Of a DNA stretch of 64,000 nucleotides, positions 41,823-51,590 are shown one piece after another (position 1 is the first letter of the stretch; the number at the start of each line of letters is the position of its first letter). The translations under genes were made by a program, and so were the position numbers. Source of the DNA: Candidatus Spongiisociaceae bacterium (GTDB lineage: Bacteria; Actinomycetota; Acidimicrobiia; Spongiisociales; Spongiisociaceae); the NCBI GenBank assembly GCA_965219685.1, contig CBDCOH010000002.1:576001-640000 (forward strand). Reading direction: 5' to 3'. Under the pieces are notes generated by a model. The model had not been told where the DNA came from, did not search any database, and was given only the letters and a program-made list of their open reading frames with translations.

Positions 41823-43520
41823 GTGCGCTGGTCCCGAACATTCATCCCCACCCTTCGAGACGACCCGGCCGACGCTGTGGCGCCGAGCCACCGGTTACTC
41901 GTCCGCGGAGGGTTCATACGCCAGCTCATGGCCGGCTCCTACTCGCTGCTGCCCCTGGGCATGAGGGTGGCGCAGAAGGTGTCCTCGATCATCCGGGAGG
42001 AGATGGATGCGATAGGAGGCCAGGAGTTCCTCGCTCCTGTGGTGCATCCCGCCGAGATCTGGAAGAGGACCGGCCGCTGGGACGATGTCGAGGGCATCAT
42101 GGTCAAGTTCGAGGATCGCAAGGGCGCAGACCTCGTTCTCGCCCTCACCCACGAAGAGGTGTTCGCTCACCTGGCAACCGAGATGAGTTCCTACCGGGAG
42201 CTACCGCAACTGTGGTACCACCTGCAGACCAAGTTTCGCGACGAGGCACGGCCCAGGTCCGGACTGCTGAGGGTCCGCGAGTTCGTCATGAAGGACTCCT
42301 ACTCATTCGACCTGGACGAGGCGGGTCTCGATGTCCAGTTCGAGGCCCATAGAGGTGCGTACGACCGCATCTTCGGACGGATGGGGCTCGATGCCGTCCA
42401 GGTGGAAGCCTCGTCGGGGAACATGGGCGGTAGTGACTCGGTGGAGTTCGTGGTCAGGTCACCCACAGGCGAGGACCGGGTGGCTCTGTGTGGAGCCTGC
42501 GGGTATGCGGCCAACCTGGAGCGGGCGGTAAGCACGCTCGACGCCGTGGTCGACGAGGAGTGGCACGGGCCGCCCACCCGGTTCCCGACCCCGGGGGTGC
42601 GGACCATCGCCGCCCTGGCCGGACTGGGCGAGTTCGCCTCTCCCGAGCGCCAGATCAAGACCCTGGTGTACATGGTGGGCGATCGGGTGCATCTTGTCGC
42701 AGTTCGAGGGGACCACGAGCTCGAGGTCCAGAAGCTGGCAGACGCGGTCACCGATGCCGTCCGTCCGGCTACCGAGAACGAGATCTTCGCAGCTCTCGGT
42801 GCCCATCCGGGCAGCCTCGGGGCGGTCGGGGTGAACCTCCCGGTGATAGCCGATCCGGCCCTGCGCGGCCGCTCGAACATGGTGACCGGCGCCAACGAGG
42901 ACGACTTCCACCTGCGGGGCGTGGACGTAGAGCGCGACATCGAAGTCGGCCGGTGGCTGGATCTCCGGAGCGTCAAGGATGGCGAGACCTGTGGCCGCTG
43001 CCTCGGCGGCGCGCTCTCGTTATCGACCGTGATCGAGGTCGGCCACATTTTCAAGCTGGGTCTCAAGTACAGCCGGGCGATGGGCGCCGAGGTGCTCGAT
43101 GAATCAGGAAGACCCACCCCTCTCGTCATGGGCTCCTACGGCATCGGCGTCGGCCGGTCGATGGCGGCGATCGTGGAGGCTTGCCACGACGCCAAGGGTG
43201 TCGTCTGGCCGGTCAGCGTTGCGCCGTTCACCACGGTCGTCACCCTCCTCCGGCCCGATCGGTCGGCGGTTCGGCGGGTGGGTGAGAGGCTGTATGAGGA
43301 CCTGTTGGCGGCCGGGATCGACGTCATCCTCGACGATCGGAAGGAGCGTCCCGGCGTCAAATTCGCAGATGCGGAGTTGGTCGGCATCCCCTACCGGCTC
43401 ACGGTCGGGCCACGGGGAATCGACACGGGAAGGGTCGAGTTACGGGCGCGGGACAACTCGGTGGACGAGTCGGTGGAGTTTGATCGAGCGGTCGGCAGGT
43501 TGATGGAGCTGATTTCGTAG
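41823..43520 (+). CDS. proS: proline--tRNA ligase
   Basis: KFRDEARPR.GLLRVREF.MKDSYSF, editing domain, EVGHIFKLG, MGSYGIG. Confidence 0.97.
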   Translation: MRWSRTFIPTLRDDPADAVAPSHRLLVRGGFIRQLMAGSYSLLPLGMRVAQKVSSIIREEMDAIGGQEFLAPVVHPAEIWKRTGRWDDVEGIMVKFEDRKGADLVLALTHEEVFAHLATEMSSYRELPQLWYHLQTKFRDEARPRSGLLRVREFVMKDSYSFDLDEAGLDVQFEAHRGAYDRIFGRMGLDAVQVEASSGNMGGSDSVEFVVRSPTGEDRVALCGACGYAANLERAVSTLDAVVDEEWHGPPTRFPTPGVRTIAALAGLGEFASPERQIKTLVYMVGDRVHLVAVRGDHELEVQKLADAVTDAVRPATENEIFAALGAHPGSLGAVGVNLPVIADPALRGRSNMVTGANEDDFHLRGVDVERDIEVGRWLDLRSVKDGETCGRCLGGALSLSTVIEVGHIFKLGLKYSRAMGAEVLDESGRPTPLVMGSYGIGVGRSMAAIVEACHDAKGVVWPVSVAPFTTVVTLLRPDRSAVRRVGERLYEDLLAAGIDVILDDRKERPGVKFADAELVGIPYRLTVGPRGIDTGRVELRARDNSVDESVEFDRAVGRLMELIS

Positions 43521-43554
43521 TCCGGCCGAGCCACATCGCCTGTGTTCCACCGAT

Positions 43555-43624
43555 TGCTATAATCCGGCGAAACTCGAAGGACGTGACTTTGTGCTACAAG
43601 GTGGGCGCCCAGCCCGCTTTTTTT
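43555..43624 (+). promoter_or_regulatory. extended -10 promoter and rimP-leader hairpin with U tract
   Basis: TGcTATAAT 43555-43563; AAGGTGGGC-GCCCA-GCCCGCTTTTTTT 43598-43624. Confidence 0.7.
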
Positions 43625-43744
43625 GTTGTCGATGCCGGTTGGCCGGGGTGTTCCCGCGCCCTCCATGGACCCCCCCGGGGGTACGCTCCGCGCCGATCGT
43701 GGGCGAAATTCAGGATGACCGTTGGTTCTCGGGACGGCTTTGCG

Positions 43745-44224
43745 ATGCTTGATCAACAACTATGGGAACTCTGCGAGCCTCACCTGGCCTCCTTGGGGCT
43801 TGAACTCGATGACCTGCAGGTTTCTGGGCGCGGGCCCCGGCTTCTAAGGGTCACCGTCGATCGCCGGGGAGGAGTTGATGTCCAGACCCTGGCCGATGCC
43901 TCTCGTGCCCTGTCGCGTCGCCTCGACGAAGTGGATCCGTTCGATGGGCCCTATTCGTTGGAGGTCACGTCGCCCGGTCTCGAGCGGAGCCTCCGGCGCC
44001 GGCGCCACTACGTGAAGTCGATCGGCAGGGACATGTCCGTCAACACCAGTGTGGAGGTTGAGGGCGCACGCCACCATCGAGGCGTACTGGAGGCGGTCGG
44101 TGAGGATGGATTCGTCATCGCGGTCGACGGGGTTCGCCGCCGGATAGCGTTCGGCCAGGTGCATGCGGCAAAGACCCGATTCGAGTGGAAAAAGCAACCC
44201 AAGTCGGCCAGGAAACCGGGGTAA
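43745..44224 (+). CDS. rimP: ribosome maturation factor RimP
   Basis: LRVTVDR.GGV, YSLEVTSPGLER; synteny. Confidence 0.93.
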   Translation: MLDQQLWELCEPHLASLGLELDDLQVSGRGPRLLRVTVDRRGGVDVQTLADASRALSRRLDEVDPFDGPYSLEVTSPGLERSLRRRRHYVKSIGRDMSVNTSVEVEGARHHRGVLEAVGEDGFVIAVDGVRRRIAFGQVHAAKTRFEWKKQPKSARKPG

Positions 44225-44229
44225 ACGAG

Positions 44230-45270
44230 ATGAGAATGGATTACCGGGTCATGGAGGCCCTCGAGATGCTCGAGAGGGAGCGGGGGATACCTGTTGACAC
44301 GATCCTGGATGCGCTGGCGAACGCCCTCGTCTCCGCCTACAAGCGCAGTCCCGGGGCGGCTGAGGAGGCCCGGGTCACGATCGAACCTGACGGTGGCGAG
44401 ATCATCGTCTACGCACAGGAACTCGACGAAGACGGCAACGTGGTGGCCGAGTGGGAGGACACTCCGAACGACTTCGGTCGGATAGCCGCCACGACCGCCA
44501 AGCAGGTGATCGCCCAGAGGCTTAGAGAGGCCAAGCGAGAGCAGGTATACGACGTGTACGAGGGCCGCGACGGCGACCTCGTCACCGGGATAGTCCAGCA
44601 GCACGATAACCGGTACACGATCCTCGACCTGGGCAACGCCGAGGCGATCATGCCGGGTTCGGAACGGATCCCCTATGAGCGGCTCGAGCGGAACGCCCGC
44701 GCCAAGGCCCTGATCATCGAGGTGCGACGTGAAGCGAAGGGGCCCCAGATTGTCGTATCCAGGTCCCATCCTGACTTTGTGCGCCGGCTGCTCGACCTGG
44801 AGGTGCCCGAGTTGCTGGACGGGACCGTCGAGATCCGCTCCATTGCCAGGGAAGCCGGGCACCGAACGAAGATCGCGGTTGTCTCCAACGACGCGAACGT
44901 CGATCCCAAGGGGGCCTGCGTAGGGGCCCGCGGGTCCCGGGTACGCCAGGTGGTCAACGAATTGCGGGGTGAGAAGGTCGATGTCGTGCAGTGGCGTGAG
45001 GATCCCTCCCAGTTCATCGCCGAGGCGCTAGGACCGGCCAAGGTGAGGGAGGTATATGTCGACGAGGAGGAGAAGTCGGCCGTCGTGGTGGTGAGCGAGC
45101 ACCAACTCTCACTGGCGATCGGGCGCGAGGGTCAGAATGCGCGCCTCGCCACCCGTCTCACCGGTTACCGCATCGACATCAGGAGCGACGCGGGTCGCCG
45201 GCGCTCCCCGGTAGGCTCGCCTTACGGTCCCCGCCCCGGCACGCGGCGCGGTCCCGGCAGGAGGCTGTAA
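44230..45270 (+). CDS. nusA: transcription termination/antitermination factor NusA
   Basis: FGRIAA..AKQ, S1 domain, AREAGHRTKIAV, LSLAIGREGQNARLA. Confidence 0.97.
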   Translation: MRMDYRVMEALEMLERERGIPVDTILDALANALVSAYKRSPGAAEEARVTIEPDGGEIIVYAQELDEDGNVVAEWEDTPNDFGRIAATTAKQVIAQRLREAKREQVYDVYEGRDGDLVTGIVQQHDNRYTILDLGNAEAIMPGSERIPYERLERNARAKALIIEVRREAKGPQIVVSRSHPDFVRRLLDLEVPELLDGTVEIRSIAREAGHRTKIAVVSNDANVDPKGACVGARGSRVRQVVNELRGEKVDVVQWREDPSQFIAEALGPAKVREVYVDEEEKSAVVVVSEHQLSLAIGREGQNARLATRLTGYRIDIRSDAGRRRSPVGSPYGPRPGTRRGPGRRL

Positions 45271-45279
45271 GGGATCCGC

Positions 45280-47295
45280 ATGGTGACCAAACGGATCCAC
45301 GAACTAGCCAAGGAGCTAGGGCTCGCATCCAGGGATGTCCTGGCGACCGCACGCGAACTGGGCTTGCCGGTCACGACGGCATCGTCGGGGCTCGAACCAG
45401 GGGATGCGGAGGCCCTCCGTTCCATCCTCCTCCCGGACGAACCCGCCGACGAGCCGGAGGAACCCAAAGCTGAGGCTCCCGCGCCGGTCGAAGCCGCCCA
45501 CGAGGAGGCAGAGGTCGACGAGGTGGAACTCATCACTGTTTCGGCCGGTGTGTCCGTGCTGGAGTTGGCCAGAGCCATGCGCAGGCCTGCCGGCGAACTG
45601 GTCAGGCATCTCCTCTCTATGGGCCTGATGGCTGCCGCGGCCGCGCCGGTTCCCGAGGACGCGATCGACGCTCTGGGGGAGGCGTTCGGGTTCCTGATCG
45701 AAGTGGAGCCTGAGAAGGTGATACCGGAGGCTCCCGAAGCGCTGGTCAAACCGAAAAGAGTATTCGAGGATGACCCGGCGTCCCTGGTGGACCGCCCGGC
45801 GGTCGTAACCGTCATGGGTCATGTGGACCATGGGAAGACCACCCTCCTCGACGCAATCCGCAATACCAACGTCGTGGCCGGAGAGGCGGGCGGGATTACC
45901 CAGCATATCGGCGCCTACCAAACATCGGTGGATGGTCGCCGGATAACGTTCATCGACACGCCGGGACATGCCGCCTTCACAGCGATGCGCGCCAGGGGAG
46001 CCGAGGTCACCGACATCGTGGTGCTGGTGGTCGCCGCCGACGACGGCGTGATGCCGCAGACGATCGAGGCGATCAGCCACGCCCAGGCGGCCGGTGTGTC
46101 TCTGATTGTGGCGATCAACAAGATGGACCTTGAGAGTGCCGACCCGGTCAGGGTCAGGGCGATGCTCACCGAGTACGGCGTGGTGACCGAGGAACTGGGC
46201 GGTGACGTGATCTCGGTGGAGATGTCAGCGTCGAACGATGAAGGCATCGACGACCTGCTCGAGATGGTCGACCTCGTAGCTCAGGTCTCCGAGTTCAAGG
46301 CGAATCCCCGCGCCCTGGCTTCGGGAGTGGTCATAGAGAGCCATCTCGACCGGGGGCTGGGCCCCATCGCCACCGTGATAGTGCAGCGGGGAACGCTCAA
46401 GCGGGGTAACTCCATCGTGGCCGGAACCGTGAGCGGGCGGGTCCGGGCGATGATCGACGACAAGGGCAAACGGGTTTCCAGTACCGGTCCCTCCAGCCCC
46501 GTGCTTGTCTCCGGGTGGGCTTCGGTACCGACGGCCGGCGATCTGTTCGAGGTCGTCAAGAACGACCGGATCGCGCGATCCATGGCTTCCGAGAGGGTCG
46601 AGGCCCATCGGGCGAAGACCCTGGTGGTGCCCACAGCCCGCGAGCGGTTGGGGATGTTGCTGGAGCGCCTGCGCTCGCAGGAGGAAGCTGAACTCCGCCT
46701 CATCATCAAGGCCGACGCGGATGGCTCGGTAGAGGCGATCAAGGATGCGGTGAGCAAGGTCGCCCGGGAAGGCGGGAGGGTGACCGTTGTCCACTCCGGC
46801 GTGGGTGGGATCACCGAGAACGACATCACGCTCGCCGACGCTACCGACTCGATAGTCATCGGTTTCAACGTGCGTCCGGACGGCAAATCCCGCCGGGCCG
46901 CGAGCGCTGCGAGCATCGAGGTGATGACCTACTCGATCATCTACGAGTTGCTGGACGAGATCGAACAGATGCTGGTCGGACGCTTGGCGCCGGTGGAGGA
47001 GGAAACCGTGCTGGGGGCCGCCGAGGTGCGGGCGATCTTCCGCGTGCCGAGGTTGGGGGCAGTGGCCGGTTGTTACGTGACCGAAGGGGTCATCCCCCGG
47101 GATGCCAGGGCGCGTCTCGTGCGCGACGGTGTTGTCGTCTACGACGGCAAGGTGGTTTCTCTCCGCCGCTTCAAGGATGATGTCAGGGAGGTTGCCTCCG
47201 GATACGAGTGCGGTGTCGGCCTCGAGCGCTTCCGCGATGTCAAGGAAGGCGACATCATCGAAACCTACCGGGTCGATGAGGTAGCCGCGCTGTGA
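45280..47295 (+). CDS. infB: translation initiation factor IF-2
   Basis: [27 protein letters not shown]. Confidence 0.98.
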   Translation: MVTKRIHELAKELGLASRDVLATARELGLPVTTASSGLEPGDAEALRSILLPDEPADEPEEPKAEAPAPVEAAHEEAEVDEVELITVSAGVSVLELARAMRRPAGELVRHLLSMGLMAAAAAPVPEDAIDALGEAFGFLIEVEPEKVIPEAPEALVKPKRVFEDDPASLVDRPAVVTVMGHVDHGKTTLLDAIRNTNVVAGEAGGITQHIGAYQTSVDGRRITFIDTPGHAAFTAMRARGAEVTDIVVLVVAADDGVMPQTIEAISHAQAAGVSLIVAINKMDLESADPVRVRAMLTEYGVVTEELGGDVISVEMSASNDEGIDDLLEMVDLVAQVSEFKANPRALASGVVIESHLDRGLGPIATVIVQRGTLKRGNSIVAGTVSGRVRAMIDDKGKRVSSTGPSSPVLVSGWASVPTAGDLFEVVKNDRIARSMASERVEAHRAKTLVVPTARERLGMLLERLRSQEEAELRLIIKADADGSVEAIKDAVSKVAREGGRVTVVHSGVGGITENDITLADATDSIVIGFNVRPDGKSRRAASAASIEVMTYSIIYELLDEIEQMLVGRLAPVEEETVLGAAEVRAIFRVPRLGAVAGCYVTEGVIPRDARARLVRDGVVVYDGKVVSLRRFKDDVREVASGYECGVGLERFRDVKEGDIIETYRVDEVAAL

Positions 47296-47313
47296 TCGGC
47301 TATTGATCACCCT

Positions 47314-47616
47314 GTGGCAGCATTGCACGCAGCCGCTCTCCGAGTCGACCTCCGGCTGAGAGACGTACACTCCCTCAAGTCCAAGCGCCGCCGGATCGCC
47401 CGGCTGTCGGCAGCCTTACGGCGCGCCTTCCCGGTCGCCTTCGCCGAGGTTGACTTCCAGGATCTGTGGCAGCGTTCGGCTGTCGGTGTGGGGATAGTGT
47501 CTCCTCATGCGTCCCAGCTGGAGATGGCGATCCACTCCGTGCACCGTTTCCTCGAGCGCTGGGAGGAGACCGAAGTGCTGTCGGTCAGGGTCTCGTACCT
47601 CGAAGATCCGGATTGA
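47314..47616 (+). CDS. DUF503 (YlxP-like) protein
   Basis: HSLKSKR, AEVD.QD.WQR motifs; lies between infB and rbfA. Confidence 0.85.
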   Translation: MAALHAAALRVDLRLRDVHSLKSKRRRIARLSAALRRAFPVAFAEVDFQDLWQRSAVGVGIVSPHASQLEMAIHSVHRFLERWEETEVLSVRVSYLEDPD

Positions 47617-47626
47617 CGGGACAGCC

Positions 47627-47980
47627 GTGAGCAACCAGCGGATACGGCGGGTGAACGAGATCCTGCGGGAGGTCATCGCTGAGGAGTGCAGCAATCTCAA
47701 GGATCCGCGCATCGGGTTTCTCACCATAACCGGGGTCTCGACGTCGGTTGATCTTCGCAACGCGCATGTGTACTACACGGTCTTGGGCGATGAGGAATCC
47801 GAAGCCGAGACCGCCCGCGCCCTGGACGGAGCCGCCTCGCGGGTCCGCGCCGCGGTCGGCCGCCAGGTCAGGCTCAAGTACCTGCCGAAGCTGGAGTTCC
47901 GGCCGGATCCGGCGGCCATGCACGCCCGCCGGATCGAGGGCATTCTCCGGCGTATGGAACAGCCCCGAGACTCGGTATGA
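47627..47980 (+). CDS. rbfA: ribosome-binding factor A
   Basis: KDPRIGF.TITGV, DLR.A.VY, LKYLPKLEF. Confidence 0.95.
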   Translation: MSNQRIRRVNEILREVIAEECSNLKDPRIGFLTITGVSTSVDLRNAHVYYTVLGDEESEAETARALDGAASRVRAAVGRQVRLKYLPKLEFRPDPAAMHARRIEGILRRMEQPRDSV

Positions 47981-48948
47981 GCGTGGAACGTGAAAGAGGC
48001 CTCGCGGCGGCAGCCCGGGCGATAGAGGACTCCCGGTCCGTGGTGGCGACCGGGCATGTGAATCCCGATGGAGATGCCCTCGGCGCAGCACTGGGACTGG
48101 CGCTGACGTCCCGCGCCAGGGGTGGCCTAGCGCATGCATGTTTCGGCGGCGGGTTCGTTCTACCACGCCACTTCGCCTTTCTGGACACCGCACCACTCGT
48201 CGACCCGAGCGAAGTGAAGGCACCCGATGTGCTCGTCGCCTTCGATGTGAACGATCCCGCACGGTTGGGTGACGAGATGGAGTGGCTGCTCGACTCGGCG
48301 CGCACGGTCGTGATGATCGACCATCACGTATCCGGACCGGGTTTCGGGGACATACGGGTGAGCGATCCTTCGGTAGCGGCCGCTTCATTGCTCTGTTACC
48401 GCCTGGTCGGGCACCTCGGCTGGGCGCTCACCCCCGCGGCTGCCACCGCCCTGCTGTTGGGCCTGGTCACCGACACCGGCCGGTTCCAGTACTCGAATAC
48501 CAACCCGGAGGCCTTCAGGACGGCTGCCGCACTGGTGGAGGCCGGGGCCCGCCCGGAGGTGATCGGGAGGGAGGTGTACGAGTCGGCTGCGTTCGGCTAC
48601 CTGGGTCTGGCGGGGGAGGTGCTGACCAGGGCAGTCCTGGAACCAATTGGTTCGCTGGTCTGGTCGTACATGACCCAGGACGACCTGCGACGCCGGGGAA
48701 TCGGGATGGAGGATTCGGACGGTCTGATCGACGCGGTACGGATAGCAAGGGAGGCAGAGGTCGCCCTGCTAGCGAAGGAGCAACCGGATGGGACCTGGAA
48801 GCTGAGCCTGCGGTCCCGCCGTCATGTCGACGTGGCCTCGATCGCCGAAGAGATGGGCGGCGGTGGACATCGCCGCGCATCCGGGTTCAGCTTCGAAGGT
48901 AGCCTCGATGAGGTCATGCGGGAAGTGCGGAGCCGACTACCCGGGTGA
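47977..48948 (+). CDS. nrnA: DHH family oligoribonuclease/PAP phosphatase NrnA
   Basis: H.NPDGDA, IDHH, TDTG.F, SLRS, GGGGH. Confidence 0.88.
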   Translation: MSVERERGLAAAARAIEDSRSVVATGHVNPDGDALGAALGLALTSRARGGLAHACFGGGFVLPRHFAFLDTAPLVDPSEVKAPDVLVAFDVNDPARLGDEMEWLLDSARTVVMIDHHVSGPGFGDIRVSDPSVAAASLLCYRLVGHLGWALTPAAATALLLGLVTDTGRFQYSNTNPEAFRTAAALVEAGARPEVIGREVYESAAFGYLGLAGEVLTRAVLEPIGSLVWSYMTQDDLRRRGIGMEDSDGLIDAVRIAREAEVALLAKEQPDGTWKLSLRSRRHVDVASIAEEMGGGGHRRASGFSFEGSLDEVMREVRSRLPG

Positions 48949-49838
48949 GCGTCGGGCCCGGATTCGTGCTGGTCGACAAGGCGACCGGGTGGACCTCGCA
49001 CGATGTGGTCGCCAAGGCCCGGACGCTTTTCCGGATCAGGAAGATCGGCCACGCGGGAACCCTAGACCCGATGGCCACCGGACTGCTCGTGCTGGGGCTG
49101 GGTGCCGCCACCAGGCTCCTACGTTTCATCACCGATCAACCGAAGGAATACGTGGCGACGGCTTGCTTCGGGGTAGCCACCGACACCCTGGACGCCGATG
49201 GGGAAGTCCTCGACCGGACCCCGATGGAGGTCGCTGCGGGCGACGTGGCCGAGGTGATGGCAGGCTACGTGGGGGAGATCCTCCAGGTGCCGCCGATGTT
49301 CTCGGCGGTCAGAGTAGGAGGGAGGCGCCTCCACGATCTGGCCCGGGGCGGCCGGAGGATCGAGCGGTCGCCGCGGTCGGTGCGGGTCGACCGCATCGGT
49401 CTGGAGGGCTTCGAACCCGGCCCTTACCCACGCGTCCGCTTCAGGGTGGTGGGCGGTCGGGGACTCTACATCCGGGTCCTGGCCGACGATGTGGCCAGGG
49501 CACTGGGGGGGAGGGCCCACCTGACCGCGCTGCGAAGGGTGCGCAACGGGATGTTGAGGGTGGAGAACGCGACCGGGATCGACCGGATGGTGGCGTTGTC
49601 TCGCCAGGATCGGCTGGTCCGGTTGGTGCTGACTCCGAACCAGGGCCTGGCCCACCTGCCGCCGGTGGAGGTTCCAGAGGATCTGGTCGGCGCGGTCTCC
49701 AACGGTCGGCGGCTCCCGACCGAACTGGTCGGATGCGCCCACGCCGACGGACCGGTCCAGATGGTGGCGGAGGCGAGGATGCTGGCTGTGTACCGGGTCC
49801 GGGGGGACTGGCTGCTCCCGGAGGTGGTTCTCCCATGA
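48945..49838 (+). CDS. truB: tRNA pseudouridine(55) synthase
   Basis: TSHDVV, GHAGTLDPMATG, QVPPMFSA, YIR. Confidence 0.95.
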   Translation: MSVGPGFVLVDKATGWTSHDVVAKARTLFRIRKIGHAGTLDPMATGLLVLGLGAATRLLRFITDQPKEYVATACFGVATDTLDADGEVLDRTPMEVAAGDVAEVMAGYVGEILQVPPMFSAVRVGGRRLHDLARGGRRIERSPRSVRVDRIGLEGFEPGPYPRVRFRVVGGRGLYIRVLADDVARALGGRAHLTALRRVRNGMLRVENATGIDRMVALSRQDRLVRLVLTPNQGLAHLPPVEVPEDLVGAVSNGRRLPTELVGCAHADGPVQMVAEARMLAVYRVRGDWLLPEVVLP

Positions 49839-49848
49839 GCGCGACCGT

Positions 49849-50808
49849 ATGAGGGTCTGGACCGGCGACCCACGAGGGTGGGGCCCTCGGCCTCCGGCGG
49901 GGACGGTCCTGACCATAGGTGTCTTCGACGGAGTTCATAGGGGGCATCGAGCGGTGCTGGACGCTCTGGCCGAGCGGGCCTACGCTGCGGGGAATCTCGG
50001 GAAGGCGGTGGTCACCTTTGACGTGCATCCTCGTTCCGTGGTGTTGCCGGCCCGTGCCCCGAAGATGCTGACCACCGTTGCCCGGCGGCTGGAGATCCTC
50101 GAGGAGATCGGTATCGACTACGTGGGTGTGCTGCCGTTCGGTCGCATCCGGCATCTCCCTCCCGAGGACTTCATCCGGCGAGTGGTGGTCGACGGTTTCG
50201 ATGCTCGGACCGTGATGGTGGGCCGTGGATTCCGTTACGGCGCCGGCCGGGCCGGGGATGTGGCAAGTCTCAGAGCGGCGGGTGACGCTCTGGGGTTCGA
50301 TGTCGATGCGAAGCGACTCCTCGAGAGTGCTCAGGGTCCCATCTCCTCCTCCTTCATCCGTCGTTGCATTGCGGACGGCGATGTGGCGACCGCCAACAGG
50401 CTGCTCGGGAGGCCGCACGAGTTGGCGGCTCGGGTTACCGGGAGTGCACGGGAGGGAACCGGGTACGGCTTGCCGGTAGCCGACCTCGAGGCTGACCCGT
50501 CCATGGCGATTCCGGGGCGGGGTCTGTACGCAGGATGGACGGTGACACGCGATGGTACGGTTCCTACGGTCTGTGACATAGCCGCTCGTCGCCCGCGCAG
50601 CGGATCGACCGGATCGATCCGCAGCCATAGCTTGAACCCGGCGGATGAACTACCGCCCGGTGACGTCCGGATCCGCTTCGCAGGACGCCTGGGCGATCGG
50701 CGACAAGCGGGCGGCCGAGACGGAGGGCCAGGCCGGATCGAGCTCGGAGCCGCCAGGGCCGCCCGCCGGCTCCTCGACCGAACCGAACTCCGGACGGGCG
50801 ATTCCTAG
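49849..50808 (+). CDS. ribF: RibF-family FAD synthetase; riboflavin kinase domain degenerate
   Basis: GVFDGVHRGH, TFDVHP, ISSS.IR intact; kinase PTAN, GxRPT and ExH motifs absent. Confidence 0.85.
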   Translation: MRVWTGDPRGWGPRPPAGTVLTIGVFDGVHRGHRAVLDALAERAYAAGNLGKAVVTFDVHPRSVVLPARAPKMLTTVARRLEILEEIGIDYVGVLPFGRIRHLPPEDFIRRVVVDGFDARTVMVGRGFRYGAGRAGDVASLRAAGDALGFDVDAKRLLESAQGPISSSFIRRCIADGDVATANRLLGRPHELAARVTGSAREGTGYGLPVADLEADPSMAIPGRGLYAGWTVTRDGTVPTVCDIAARRPRSGSTGSIRSHSLNPADELPPGDVRIRFAGRLGDRRQAGGRDGGPGRIELGAARAARRLLDRTELRTGDS

Positions 50809-50910
50809 ACTCGGAGTCGCACACATCTGTCCATCGGCTCGGATCCCCCCGCTTCCGGTTTCCCGAAGCCCTCCCTCGGCGCGACCGCGAAACGCGAACC
50901 GCGCTACTGA

Positions 50911-50988
50911 GACCGGAAAAGGACCCGATCTAACGCTAACCACCGATTACCAACTAGTGGCTACCAACTACCGACTAGGAACTAATGC
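50911..50988 (+). repeat. dispersed CTA-heptamer element
   Basis: GACCGG..ATCTAACGCTAAC head, then CTA at 50954, 50961, 50968, 50975, 50982. Confidence 0.75.
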
Positions 50989-51069
50989 TCACTGTGAGGG
51001 TGCTACAATTCCACCGACCCCCTACCGTCCGGCGCGCCCATTCGAGATGCAACGCGCCAAGCGAGAGAG

Positions 51070-51327
51070 ATGAAGACCACCCAAGAAGTAGTTGCCGAGT
51101 TCGGCACCCACGACAGCGACACCGGTTCCCCGGAGGTCCAAGTGGCACTGCTTACCGGACGGATCAGCCACCTCACCGAGCACCTACGCGAACACAAGCA
51201 TGATCATCACAGCCGGCGCGGCCTGTTGATGATGGTTGGGAAGCGTCGACGGCTCCTGAAGTATCTCCGGCGGACCGACATGGATCGGTACCGCAGGCTG
51301 ATCGCCAAGCTCGGGTTGCGGCGTTAA
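51070..51327 (+). CDS. rpsO: 30S ribosomal protein S15
   Basis: [25 protein letters not shown]; TGcTACAAT promoter at 51001-51009. Confidence 0.98.
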   Translation: MKTTQEVVAEFGTHDSDTGSPEVQVALLTGRISHLTEHLREHKHDHHSRRGLLMMVGKRRRLLKYLRRTDMDRYRRLIAKLGLRR

Positions 51328-51454
51328 CCGAGGGAGTCCGGTGGAGGGATGCAGCGCGTCCGGCCCGCTGGCCGGTTACCGGGCCCGGTGGCGCAATCCA
51401 CAGAACCGAACAGGCAATCGACAACAATAGAGGCATGCGACAGCTTGAGGGTAT

Positions 51455-51543
51455 AGCGCCCATCGGTTGTCAGTCGCCATCCCTCCGCAGCCCGTCCGCT
51501 CGCGTGGGCTCCGGAGGTATGACCACTGGTAATTGATGGCGCT
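51455..51543 (+). promoter_or_regulatory. long hairpin in the pnp leader (probable RNase III site)
   Basis: AGCGCCCATCGGTTGTCAGT pairs with ACTGGTAATTGATGGCGCT; inner CCTCCG/CGGAGG stem. Confidence 0.55.
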
Positions 51544-51590
51544 CGCTCCCTGAGGTTTCCATGCCGCAGCGACTCAGCAAAGGAGAGCGC

